64,000 nucleotides of DNA from an uncultured Enterobacteriaceae bacterium. GTDB taxonomy: Bacteria > Myxococcota_A > UBA796 > SXON01. Shown here piece by piece: positions 18,752 to 27,716 of this stretch. The notes under the pieces were generated by a model that made no database searches, was not told the origin of the DNA, and saw nothing but the letters and a program-made list of their open reading frames with translations. The DNA is taken from contig CAYWGD010000017.1 in NCBI GenBank assembly GCA_964457335.1, forward strand, positions 11,069 to 75,068. Reading direction: 5' to 3'. The position numbers were made by a program, and so were the translations under genes. How positions within the stretch are numbered: the first letter of the stretch is position 1; every line of letters begins with the position of its first letter.

Positions 18752-20386
18752 TCAAGGCGGCGGCAGCCCGAGATCCGTGACCGTCCGGCGCCGCGCCCCG
18801 AGCCCCGGCGCCTCCACCTCGTCGGTCCAGCCGTCCACGAGCGCGGCGAGCTGCGTGGGGTAGCGCCGGGAGAGGGCGCCGAGCTGGTCGGCGTACCGCT
18901 GCGCCCACGCGGCGAGCTGCTCCCCGCGCACGCGCCCGCGGTCGAACCCGCACCACGCGGGCGGGTACGCGATCACCCGGTAGCGGCCGGGCTCCGCGAA
19001 CACGCCGACCACGATCACCGGCACGTCCGCGAGCGCGGCGAGCAGCCACGGGGAGGCCGCGAAGCGCGCGGGTGCGCCGAGGAACTCGACGGGCACGACG
19101 CGATCGTCGACGGCCCGGTCGCCCGCCAGGAGCACGACGCCGCCCGCGCGGAGCACCCGCAACGCGGAGAGCTCGTCCGCGGCGTCGAGGTGCACGTGGG
19201 CGCGGGCCCCGTCGGGCGTCGGGAGCACGGCCGGGTTGCCGAGGTGCCCGGTGAGGAGGATGGCGCCCGAGCCGGAGAAGGCCGCCCGGAGGTGCTCGCG
19301 GCCCTCGAACACGTAGCGGAGATCGCGTGGGCCGCGCGCGGCGAAGGCGGCGGCGTCGAGCGAGGCGTGCAGCGCGGCGCGGTGGGCCTGGAAGGCCACG
19401 GACCGCGCCGTGGCCCCGGGCAACACGCGGGCGAGCGTGGCCGGCGCCGCGCGGGTCCGGAGCGCGCGCGCGGCGGCCACCCCGGTGGCGAGGGCGCCGG
19501 CGACGCGGCGCCCGAAGAGCCGCTGCACGCGCGCGAGGGCCAGCCCCGGGCGCTCCGGCGACCGGAGGCGGAGGAACCAGCGGGGCGGCCACATCAGTCG
19601 CTCCGTGAGCAGCATGGCGTGCATCGCGGCCAGGCGCAGGTACGCGCCGGGCCCCAGACGCCGCGGCGGCCCCGGGCGGCACGGCACGTCCCGGACCGGG
19701 ATCCCCGTCCACACCGACCGCGCGAGGAGCTCGGGCTCGAGCTCGTCGCCCGTCCCGATCAGGCGCAGGCCCAGGACCGGCGCGATCGGCCATGCCCGGA
19801 AGCCGCAGCTCGCGGAGGCCGTGCGCCAGCCGGTCTCGGCCCACAAGAGCAGGCTCGACCCGTGGCTCCGGAGCCCCACCAACGCGCCCGCGTGCACGGC
19901 GAGCGGCTCCTCGCGGAGCGCGGCGACGAAGCGCGGGATGTCGGCGGGGTCGTGGCTGCCGTCGGCCGAGAGGCAGATGACGTGGGTGTGCCCGTACCGC
20001 GCGGCGAGCCGCATCCCCGCGAGCAGCGCGGCGCCCCGGCCGCGCCGGCGGGGGTGCGAGAGGACCTCGGCGCCGGCGGCGCGCGCGGCCTCGGGCGTGC
20101 CGTCGTGGCTCGCGTCGTCGAGCACGAACACGGGCAGGTGCGCGCCGGCCCGGCGCACCACGTCCGCCACGGTGAGGGCGTCGTTCCGCGCGAGCACGAG
20201 CACCGCGGGGTGGGGCGGGGCGGGCGCGGGCGCCTGGGCCGGGCGGCGCCGGCCGGCCAGCAGGTACAGCACCGCGGCGGCCGCGGCGAACACGAGCCCG
20301 ATGGGCGACGCGCCGCCACCGCGCGCGAGGTCCACCGCGACCACCGCGGCCAACAACCCGATCACGACGAGGTCGTCGAGGCGCAC
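18752..20386 (-). CDS. Fusion protein: two N-terminal TM helices, a family-2 glycosyltransferase (DPM1/GtrB-like), and a LpxL/HtrB-type lipid acyltransferase
   Basis: GT2: VLVLARND...VFVLDDASHDGT...RGRGAALLAG...CLSADGSHD. Acyltransferase: LLTGHLGN (HxGN box), LRAGGVVLLAGDR, VEFLGAPARF, DVPVIVV. Confidence 0.75.
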   Translation of the reverse strand: MRLDDLVVIGLLAAVVAVDLARGGGASPIGLVFAAAAAVLYLLAGRRRPAQAPAPAPPHPAVLVLARNDALTVADVVRRAGAHLPVFVLDDASHDGTPEAARAAGAEVLSHPRRRGRGAALLAGMRLAARYGHTHVICLSADGSHDPADIPRFVAALREEPLAVHAGALVGLRSHGSSLLLWAETGWRTASASCGFRAWPIAPVLGLRLIGTGDELEPELLARSVWTGIPVRDVPCRPGPPRRLGPGAYLRLAAMHAMLLTERLMWPPRWFLRLRSPERPGLALARVQRLFGRRVAGALATGVAAARALRTRAAPATLARVLPGATARSVAFQAHRAALHASLDAAAFAARGPRDLRYVFEGREHLRAAFSGSGAILLTGHLGNPAVLPTPDGARAHVHLDAADELSALRVLRAGGVVLLAGDRAVDDRVVPVEFLGAPARFAASPWLLAALADVPVIVVGVFAEPGRYRVIAYPPAWCGFDRGRVRGEQLAAWAQRYADQLGALSRRYPTQLAALVDGWTDEVEAPGLGARRRTVTDLGLPPP

Positions 20387-20454
20387 GCGGACAACATGGG
20401 TCCCGGGAACGCGATCGGCTCGTCCCGCGTGGCGGCGATAGAGGGTCGCCGGCC

Positions 20455-22560
20455 ATGCCGTCGTGTCTCCCGGTCCCGCGCCCCGGCCTCCCCGCGGGCT
20501 TCGCCGGGGCTCCTGCCGCCGCGCCCGGCCGGGTCGGCGTCTCGATCGTGCTGCTCCTCGCGCCCGCCCTGGCCGCCGCCGCGCCGCCCGCCGATCCCGC
20601 CCCGGCCCCGGACTCCGCCGCCGAACCCGCCGCCGAACCCGCCGCGGGCGTTCCCGCGCCCGACGCCACCCCGCTCCCCTCGCGGGCGCGCCTCGCCGGC
20701 CCCGATCTCGCCGCCGTCCCGGGCGCCGGCGAGGACCCCACGCGCGCGCTCCAGGCCCTGCCCGGCGTCACCTCCGACCGCGACGGCCTCGGCGGCTTCT
20801 CCGTCCGCGGCGGCGCGCCGGGCGACGTGCTCGTGCTGCTCGACGGCGTCCCCGTCGCCACGCCCTCCCCGCTCTCCCCGCTCCCCGGCCTCCTCGACCC
20901 CCAGCTCGTCGACAGCCTCACCCTCGACGCCGGCGTCTCCCCCGCCGACGCGCCCACCAACACGGCGGGCGTCGTCGCCCTCCGCTCGTGGAGCACCGCC
21001 ACCACGCTCGACGCGCGCCCCGACGACCTCGACGGCGCGGTCGACCTCACGACCGCCGGCGCCCGCCTCGTCCTGGCCGGCCCGGTCGGCCGCTCGGACG
21101 CCCTCGACTTCGCCGTCGGGGCTCGCCGCAGCTACCTCGGCGTGCACGGCTGGGCGCTCGGCGGGGTCGGCCTCCTCGACACCCCGCGCGCCTTCCCGGA
21201 GCACGAGCAGCTCTCCGCGCGCCTCGCCTGGACGCCCGGCGCGCACGCGCTCCGGCTCACCGTCCTCCACACCGGCGCCCACCTCGCCGCCGCCGCGGAC
21301 GACGATCGCCTCCTCCCCGTCACCGGCGCCTTCACGCTCGACGACGCCTACACCGTCGCCACCCTCGATCACGCCGGGCCCGTGGGCCGCGCGGACATGC
21401 GGAGCGCGGTCTCCGCGAGCTACGCCACCTCCCGCCTCGACCGCGGCGACCCCACCAACGCGACGCTCGCCCAGCTCTACACCCGCTCGGACCTCGTCAT
21501 CCCGGCCTGGGACCACCACACGATGACGCTCGGCGCCTCCGCCCAGCTCCGCGAGCACGGGGTGGACGGGCCCGTCGACGACACCCGCGCCGTCCCCACC
21601 TGGGCCTCCGTCCCGCTCGGCGACCTCGGCCTCTCCACCGTCCCGCTCACCTCCGCCGGCTGGGAGCCCCTGGCCGCCGTGTACGCCGAGCACGCCTGGG
21701 AGGGACCCGTCCACACGCGGCTCGGCGTGCGCGCCACCTGGGTCGGCCGCACCGGCGAGGTGCTCCCCGGCCCCTCCGCCGGCATCGCGATGCCCCTCCC
21801 CACGGGCACCGTCCCCCGCATCGCCGGCGGCCTCTACCACCGCGTCGTCGAGGACCCGCTCGCCGTCGACCCGGTGCACGGCAATCCGGCCCTCGGCGCC
21901 GAGCGCGCCTGGCAGCTCGTCATCGGCGTGGACCAGGCGCTCCCGATCGGCGACGGCGCGCTGGTCCGCGTGGAGGGCCACGTCGCCCGCCACGACGACC
22001 TCGTCGTGCGCTCCGACAGCCCCGACGCCGCCGCGACCTTCACCAACGACGGGACCGGCCGCGACCTCGGCGTCGACGTGGCCTTCCGCGCTCGTGTCGC
22101 CCGCGTCGAGGTGGACGCCACCCTCTCGCTCCTCCGCTCCGAGCGCACGAACCCGCTGAACGAGGCCTTCCCCGACGACGTGGTGCCCGGCCACGCGCGC
22201 GAGGCGGCCTTCGGCTTCGCGGTCGCCTACGAGCCGTCCCCGCGGTGGCGCTTCGTGGGCCGCTACGAGCTCCAGTCGGGCCGGCCCACCTCCTCGATGG
22301 AGGCGGGAGGCGCGGACTTCGCGAGGATCGCGGCCCTGAACGACCAGCGCATGGGGGACCGGCACCAGCTCGATGTGCGCGCCGAGTGGCGGCACGCGGC
22401 CGCGCGGGTGCGCTATGCGGTGTACGTGGACGTGCTGAACGTGCCGAACCTGCGGAGCCCGCTGTTGCCCACCGTCACCGTGTCCGAGGGCCTCCTCGCC
22501 GAAGGCCGCGTGGACCAGCTCCCGATCCGGCCGTTGCTGGGCGCGCGGGCCGAATTCTGA
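20455..22560 (+). CDS. TonB-dependent-receptor-like outer-membrane barrel (plug plus barrel)
   Basis: Signal peptide and a Pro/Ala-rich extension. Plug motif DPTRALQALPGVTSDRDGLGGFSVRGGAPGDVLVLLDGVPV. Long beta-rich body ending in a terminal ...GARAEF. Confidence 0.75.
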   Translation: MPSCLPVPRPGLPAGFAGAPAAAPGRVGVSIVLLLAPALAAAAPPADPAPAPDSAAEPAAEPAAGVPAPDATPLPSRARLAGPDLAAVPGAGEDPTRALQALPGVTSDRDGLGGFSVRGGAPGDVLVLLDGVPVATPSPLSPLPGLLDPQLVDSLTLDAGVSPADAPTNTAGVVALRSWSTATTLDARPDDLDGAVDLTTAGARLVLAGPVGRSDALDFAVGARRSYLGVHGWALGGVGLLDTPRAFPEHEQLSARLAWTPGAHALRLTVLHTGAHLAAAADDDRLLPVTGAFTLDDAYTVATLDHAGPVGRADMRSAVSASYATSRLDRGDPTNATLAQLYTRSDLVIPAWDHHTMTLGASAQLREHGVDGPVDDTRAVPTWASVPLGDLGLSTVPLTSAGWEPLAAVYAEHAWEGPVHTRLGVRATWVGRTGEVLPGPSAGIAMPLPTGTVPRIAGGLYHRVVEDPLAVDPVHGNPALGAERAWQLVIGVDQALPIGDGALVRVEGHVARHDDLVVRSDSPDAAATFTNDGTGRDLGVDVAFRARVARVEVDATLSLLRSERTNPLNEAFPDDVVPGHAREAAFGFAVAYEPSPRWRFVGRYELQSGRPTSSMEAGGADFARIAALNDQRMGDRHQLDVRAEWRHAAARVRYAVYVDVLNVPNLRSPLLPTVTVSEGLLAEGRVDQLPIRPLLGARAEF

Positions 22561-23402
22561 TGCGCCGTCCGCTCCGCGTCTCGCCGACGTTGTCGCGCCC
22601 CGTGTGGGGCGGCACCACGCTCGCCGCCGAGATGGGCAAGGACCCCGATCCCGCCGCCCGCATCGGCGAGAGCTGGGAGGTCTGGCGCGAGAACGTCGCC
22701 CCCGACGGGCGCCCGCAGTCCGCGCTCGTCGACTTCCCCGTCCTCATCAAGCTCCTCGACGTGCGCGAGACGCTCTCCGTGCAGGTGCACCCCGACGACG
22801 CCACCGCCCGCCTCGTCGCCGGCGCGCCCCACGGCAAGCACGAGGGCTGGGTGGTCCTGCGCGCGGAGCCGGGCGCGCGCGTCGCGTACGGGCTCCGCCG
22901 CGAGATGTCGCGCGCCGAGCTGCGGGAGCGCGCGCTCTCCGGCGCCATCGAGGACGACCTCGCGTGGCTCCCCGTGAAGGCCGGCGACGTGATCGACGTC
23001 CCGCCCGGCACCATCCACGCCATCGGCGGCGGCGTGTTGTTCTACGAGGTCCAGCAGCCCTGCGACCTCACCTGGCGGCTGTACGACTGGGGCCGCGGCC
23101 GGCCGCTCCACCTCGAGCAGGCGCTGGAGGTCGTGCGGCCCGGCCCGTGCGTCTCCACCGCGGCGGTCCGCGCGCTCGCCCCGGGGCGCGAGGAGCTGCT
23201 CGACGGCCGGCACTTCCACGTGGAGCGCCTCCGCCTGCCGCAGCCGCGCGTCACCGAGGCCTGGGAAGCCCTCACCGTCGTCGAAGGCGAGCTCCGCGTC
23301 GACGACGAGCGCGTCGGGCTCGGCGGCACCGTGCTCCTCCCGCCGGGCACGTGGCGCCTCGAAGGGGAGGGGACCGTGCTCGCCGCGAGGGGCGGCGCGT
23401 AG
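22560..23402 (+). CDS. manA: Class I mannose-6-phosphate isomerase (cupin)
   Basis: Internal ATG of ORF 20463..23402 (TGATG 1-nt overlap with the receptor stop). VWGG, ESWE, LSVQVHPDD, EGWVVL and GTIHAIGGGVLFYEVQQ motifs. Confidence 0.8.
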   Translation: MRRPLRVSPTLSRPVWGGTTLAAEMGKDPDPAARIGESWEVWRENVAPDGRPQSALVDFPVLIKLLDVRETLSVQVHPDDATARLVAGAPHGKHEGWVVLRAEPGARVAYGLRREMSRAELRERALSGAIEDDLAWLPVKAGDVIDVPPGTIHAIGGGVLFYEVQQPCDLTWRLYDWGRGRPLHLEQALEVVRPGPCVSTAAVRALAPGREELLDGRHFHVERLRLPQPRVTEAWEALTVVEGELRVDDERVGLGGTVLLPPGTWRLEGEGTVLAARGGA

Positions 23403-23494
23403 CGCGGGCACGGCACGATCCGGCGGACTCCCCCGAAAAGCCCGGCGGCATCGACGCGACCTCCACCTTGCGGTCCGGGCCCCCGGCGAGTAGC

Positions 23495-25192
23495 ATGGTG
23501 CCGCCCTCTGGAGGCACCGTGCCCCTCTCCGGTCTCGCGCTCCTCGCCCTGCCCGCCTACGCCGAGGACTGGGCCCACGGCGAGACCATCGAGAAGGCGG
23601 CCTACGCCGACCTCACGCCCGAGGGGCTCAACGCCATCTCGGCGCTCATCCCCGCGCTCCTCCCGTCGGGCATCGAGGTGCCCGACACGAGCGACTCGGG
23701 CGGCACCTGGTGCTTCAACTACGCCTACGGGCTCTCCGGCGCGTGGGTCACGATCCAGGTCGTGGACGCGACGATCACGCCCGGCAACGGCGTGCTCGAC
23801 ATCACCGCGAGCCTCATGGTCTCGCTGAACGACCCGTCCGACCCCTTCCAGCTCTCCTACGAGCTCGCCTGCATCGACGACAGCTGCGACGGCTACGTCG
23901 ACGCCTTCCCGGTCACCGTCACGACCTCGATGGCGCTCGAGGTCGTCGACGTGGGCGGCGGCACGCGCCAGCTCGACGCCACGATCGGCGCCATCAACGT
24001 CTCCTACGACCTCCAGAACGAGGACATCCACCTCGACGGCTGCTCGGTCGGCAGCATCGAGGAGGTGCTCAACTGGTTCGGGCTCTCGCTCTACGACCTC
24101 ATCCTGGGGCAGCTGGACAGCTACCTGCAGGACGCGATCGCGGACATGGGCCCCACGCTCGAGGAGACGATCGAGGAGGCGTTCGCCAGCGCGAGCATCA
24201 ACCAGGAGCTCGATCTCAACGGCGCCGTCGCGCAGCTCTCCCTCCAGCCGAGCGACGTGCTCGTCACGCCCGAGGGTGTGCGCGTGCAGATGTCGGGCTC
24301 GATGGCGGCGGAGGCCTCGGCGTGTGTCGCGGCGTACGACCCCGGCGGCTCGCCCAAGACGCCCACCGAGGCGCCCGCGCTCGGCGCCACCCCGAGCGGC
24401 GTCGGCAGCGACTACCACGTCGCGCTCACGCTCTCCGACGACTTCACGAACCAGGCGCTCTACGCGCTCTGGCGCGGCGGGCTCCTCTGCTACGCGCTCG
24501 AGCCGGGCGGCGACTTCCCGCTCGACACCTCGATCCTCAACGCGCTCACCGGCGATGCGTTCATCGAGCTCTTCCCCGAGTCGAAGCCCATCACGCTCCA
24601 GACGGCGCCCAAGAACCCGCCCACCACGAAGTTCGACGGCGCCCACGCCATCGACGTGAACCTCGACGCGCTCGGGCTCGAGTTCTTCGCCGAGCTCGAC
24701 GGGCGCGAGGCCAAGATGGTGGCGGTCGATCTCACGGGCACCGTCGGTTTGGACCTCGGCTTCGACGGCACCACCGGCGAGCTCGGCGTCGTCGTCGACC
24801 TCGACCCCGCCGCCCTCACCCCGAGCGTGGCCTACAACGAGTTCTACCCCTCCGCGAACGACGCCATCCTGTCCAGCTTCTCCGAGACCTTCGGGAGCCT
24901 CGTGGGCAGCGTGGTCGGCGGCCTCCTCGAGAACCTCGCCTTCGCGCTCCCGGCCTTCAACGGCATCGGCCTGAACGAGCTGCAGACCTCCGCGGTCGGC
25001 GACGACGCCGACTGGCTCGGCGCCTACGCCTGGGTCGGCCCCGTCACCTACGAGGCCGCCGACGGCTGCGGCAGCGACGGCGGCTGCTCCAGCGACGGCT
25101 GCAGCGGCGGTTGCGCCTCCACCCCGTTCGGCCCGGCCGTCTGGGCCGCCTTCGCGGGCCTGGTCCTCCTCCGTCGGCGCTCCGACTCGTAG
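23495..25192 (+). CDS. Secreted BPI/LBP/CETP-like (TULIP superfamily) lipid-binding protein with a MYXO-CTERM-type sorting tail
   Basis: Start at M298 of ORF 22604..25192 (alternative GTG at 23519). Signal peptide [13 protein letters not shown]. Colinear resemblance to human BPI as I recall it: [80 protein letters not shown]. Tail: [32 protein letters not shown]. Confidence 0.7.
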   Translation: [565 protein letters not shown]

Positions 25193-25201
25193 CGCGGGGT
25201 C

Positions 25202-25246
25202 TTCTTCTTGGGGCGGGGGGGCTTACCGCCCCCCCGCAACGCCCCC
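25202..25246 (-). repeat. G/C-run repeat family, copy R1 (reverse orientation)
   Basis: The reverse complement reads GGGGGCGTTGCGGGGGGGCggtaagCCCCCCCGCCCCAAGAAGAA. It lies between convergent genes, downstream of the minus-strand lipoprotein gene. Confidence 0.6.
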
Positions 25247-25316
25247 GCTCTCGCGTGGTGGTGTGCCCCGGCGCGAGGTGCCGCCGGGCGAGGCGCGCCG
25301 TCGGGCCCTGGGGCGC

Positions 25317-25883
25317 CTACCGGAACCGCATCGCGCCCACCACCACGTCCAGGTCCGCCTTCCCGGCCCGGAGCCGCCCCTGCGGCACACGGCCCTCCAC
25401 GTGGAACAGGACGCCCTCCTGCGCGACGACGTACGCGATGATCCGCGGGGCGTCGGGCTCGTCGGGGGTGCAGGTGGCGGCCAGCACGGCGTCGCGCACC
25501 TTCACGGCGCGGTAGCGGCCCACGTCCTGGAAGGTCCAGGCGCAGCCCGGGAGGGGGCGTGGCGCGAGCGTGTCGCCGGGCGTGGCCGCGATGGTCACGC
25601 GCACGTCGCCGTCGGGGTCCGCGAGCACCACGCGCTCCACGGACCCGTCCTCGCCGATCTCGGCGGTCCAGCCGGGCGGCACGGGCACGATCAGCGGCCA
25701 GGTGCCGTCCACGTAGGTGTCGCCCTGGAGCCGGCCGGTCGGCACCGGCGCGACGGCCGGCGCCTGCACGAGCGGCGGCGGCGGCACGCTCGGCTTGCGG
25801 CAGCCCGGGAGCGCGAGCGCGGCGAGGCCGACGAGCGCGACCGTGACGTACGCGCCGGGGCCGGGGCACCCGCCGGAGCTCAC
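25317..25883 (-). CDS. Lipoprotein, function unknown
   Basis: Internal GTG of ORF 25317..26567 (GTGA overlap with the crotonase stop). Lipobox LPGC. Confidence 0.6.
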   Translation of the reverse strand: MSSGGCPGPGAYVTVALVGLAALALPGCRKPSVPPPPLVQAPAVAPVPTGRLQGDTYVDGTWPLIVPVPPGWTAEIGEDGSVERVVLADPDGDVRVTIAATPGDTLAPRPLPGCAWTFQDVGRYRAVKVRDAVLAATCTPDEPDAPRIIAYVVAQEGVLFHVEGRVPQGRLRAGKADLDVVVGAMRFR

Positions 25884-26656
25884 CGCTTCGGCTCGAGCGC
25901 GCGCCGGTGGTCCGGGCCGCCCCAGAGCTCCGCGAACACGGCCAGCTCCTCGTCGCGGCCGCGGGGCGGCGCGGCGGCCCGCACGATGCGCTTCGCGCCG
26001 CGCACCGCCGCCGCGGGCAGCGCGCACACGTCCACGGCGAGCTCCTGGGCGCGGACGCGCGGGGAGGCGTGCACCTCGTCCACGAGCCCGACCGCGCGCG
26101 CCTCGTCGGCGCCGAGCGTGCGGCCCAGGGCCAGGATCTTGAGGGCCTCGCGGGGCCCGACGCGCTCCACGAGGCGCCCGCCCCCGCCGAAGCCCGGCGA
26201 CACGCCGAGCCGCGCGTGCACGAACCCGATGCGCGCGGTCGGGGCCGCCACGACGAGGTCCGCGGCGACCACGAGCTCCGCGCCGCCTCCGAGCGCCGCG
26301 CCCTCCACCGCCGCGATCACGATGGCGTCGAGCTCGGCGAGGCGGTCGACCGCGGCCTGCATGAACCGGCCGAACGCCGCGCCCGCGCCGGGGACCGCGA
26401 GGTGCGACCGCACGGCCCCGAGGTTGCCGCCGGAGCAGAAGGTGCAGTGCTCGCCCGTGAGGACCACCACGCGCGCGTCCCGCACGCGGTCGGCGGCCTC
26501 CGCGAGGGTGAGCATCATGCGCGGGTCGAGCGCGTTGCGGCTCCCCGCGTGGTCGAAGCGGACCCACGCGACGCCGCTCGCGTCGGGCGGATCGACGTGC
26601 ACGCGGCCCTCCCCCTCGGGGAGGCTCGCGGCCCAGGCGCCGAAGTCGGTCATCAT
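25880..26656 (-). CDS. Enoyl-CoA hydratase/isomerase (crotonase) family protein
   Basis: Internal ATG of ORF 25880..27310 (ATGA overlap with the meaB stop). FCSGGNLG, AAVEGAALGGGAEL and GVSPGFGGGGRL motifs. Confidence 0.85.
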   Translation of the reverse strand: MMTDFGAWAASLPEGEGRVHVDPPDASGVAWVRFDHAGSRNALDPRMMLTLAEAADRVRDARVVVLTGEHCTFCSGGNLGAVRSHLAVPGAGAAFGRFMQAAVDRLAELDAIVIAAVEGAALGGGAELVVAADLVVAAPTARIGFVHARLGVSPGFGGGGRLVERVGPREALKILALGRTLGADEARAVGLVDEVHASPRVRAQELAVDVCALPAAAVRGAKRIVRAAAPPRGRDEELAVFAELWGGPDHRRALEPKR

Positions 26657-27594
26657 CGGGCCGCCGCGCGCTCGGGGCGGACGCGCCCCGCGCGGAGGTC
26701 GTCGAGCAGCTCGCTGCCGTCGAGGGCGCGGCGCGCGCGGTCCCGCGCGGCGTCGGCCACGAGGTCCAGGTAGGTGCGCACGCGCCCCTCGGCGCGGCGG
26801 GCCACCCAGGCCGCGCGGCCCTCGCCCACGCACCAGTCGCGGTGGGCCTGGAGCGACGCGAGCGTCGCGTCGACGCCGCGGTCCTCGAGCGCGACCGAGG
26901 TGTGCACCGGGGCCTGCCAGCCGGGGCGGTCGTCCAGGTGCACGGCCTGCTCGAGGTCCCGGCGCAGGTGGTCCGCGCCGGGCCGGTCGGCCTTGTTCAC
27001 GCAGAACACGTCCGCGATCTCGAGCAGCCCCGCCTTCATGGTCTGCACGGCGTCGCCGCTCTCGGGCGTGAGCACCACGAGCACGGTGTCGGCGACCTCC
27101 ATCACGGCGAGCTCGCCCTGGCCGACGCCGACCGTCTCCACGAGGATCCGGTCGAAGCCCACCGCGTCGAGCACGTCGACCACCTGCCCGGCCGCGCGCG
27201 AGAGCCCGCCGAGGTGCCCGCGCGACGCGAGCGAGCGCACGTACACGAAGGGGTCCTCCGCGTGCCGCTCCATCCGGATGCGGTCCCCGAGGATGGCGCC
27301 GCCCGACCACGGCGACGAAGGGTCCACGGCGACCACCGCGACGCGCTCGCCGGCAGCCCGGGCGTGCTGGACGAGCCGGTCCACGAAGGTGCTCTTCCCG
27401 GCGCCGGGCGGGCCCGTGATGCCGATGACGTGGGGGGCGCCGGGGGCGGTCATCCGCCGCGGCGCGAGCGTGTCCAGCGCCTCGGCCACGCCGGGGGCGC
27501 GGCCCTCCACCATGGACACGAGCCGGGCGAGGGCGGGGCGTTCGGCCGCGCGCGCACGGGCGAGCAGCTCTGAGAGGGGTTGCGACGAGGCCAC
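26653..27594 (-). CDS. meaB: MeaB/ArgK-type G3E GTPase (methylmalonyl-CoA mutase chaperone family)
   Basis: GITGPPGAGKST, VAVVAVDPSSPWSGGAILGDRIRM, ETVGVGQ and NKAD motifs. Confidence 0.9.
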   Translation of the reverse strand: MASSQPLSELLARARAAERPALARLVSMVEGRAPGVAEALDTLAPRRMTAPGAPHVIGITGPPGAGKSTFVDRLVQHARAAGERVAVVAVDPSSPWSGGAILGDRIRMERHAEDPFVYVRSLASRGHLGGLSRAAGQVVDVLDAVGFDRILVETVGVGQGELAVMEVADTVLVVLTPESGDAVQTMKAGLLEIADVFCVNKADRPGADHLRRDLEQAVHLDDRPGWQAPVHTSVALEDRGVDATLASLQAHRDWCVGEGRAAWVARRAEGRVRTYLDLVADAARDRARRALDGSELLDDLRAGRVRPERAAAR

Positions 27595-27716
27595 CTCGCC
27601 TCCTATCGTGCGGGGTGGGGCGGCGGGGCCCTCGGCGCGGCGGCGTCCGCCTGTCCGGATCCCCGACGTGCGGACCCGAGCTCCTCGGGATAGCCGTCCC
27701 CGCCGAAGGAGGCTCG

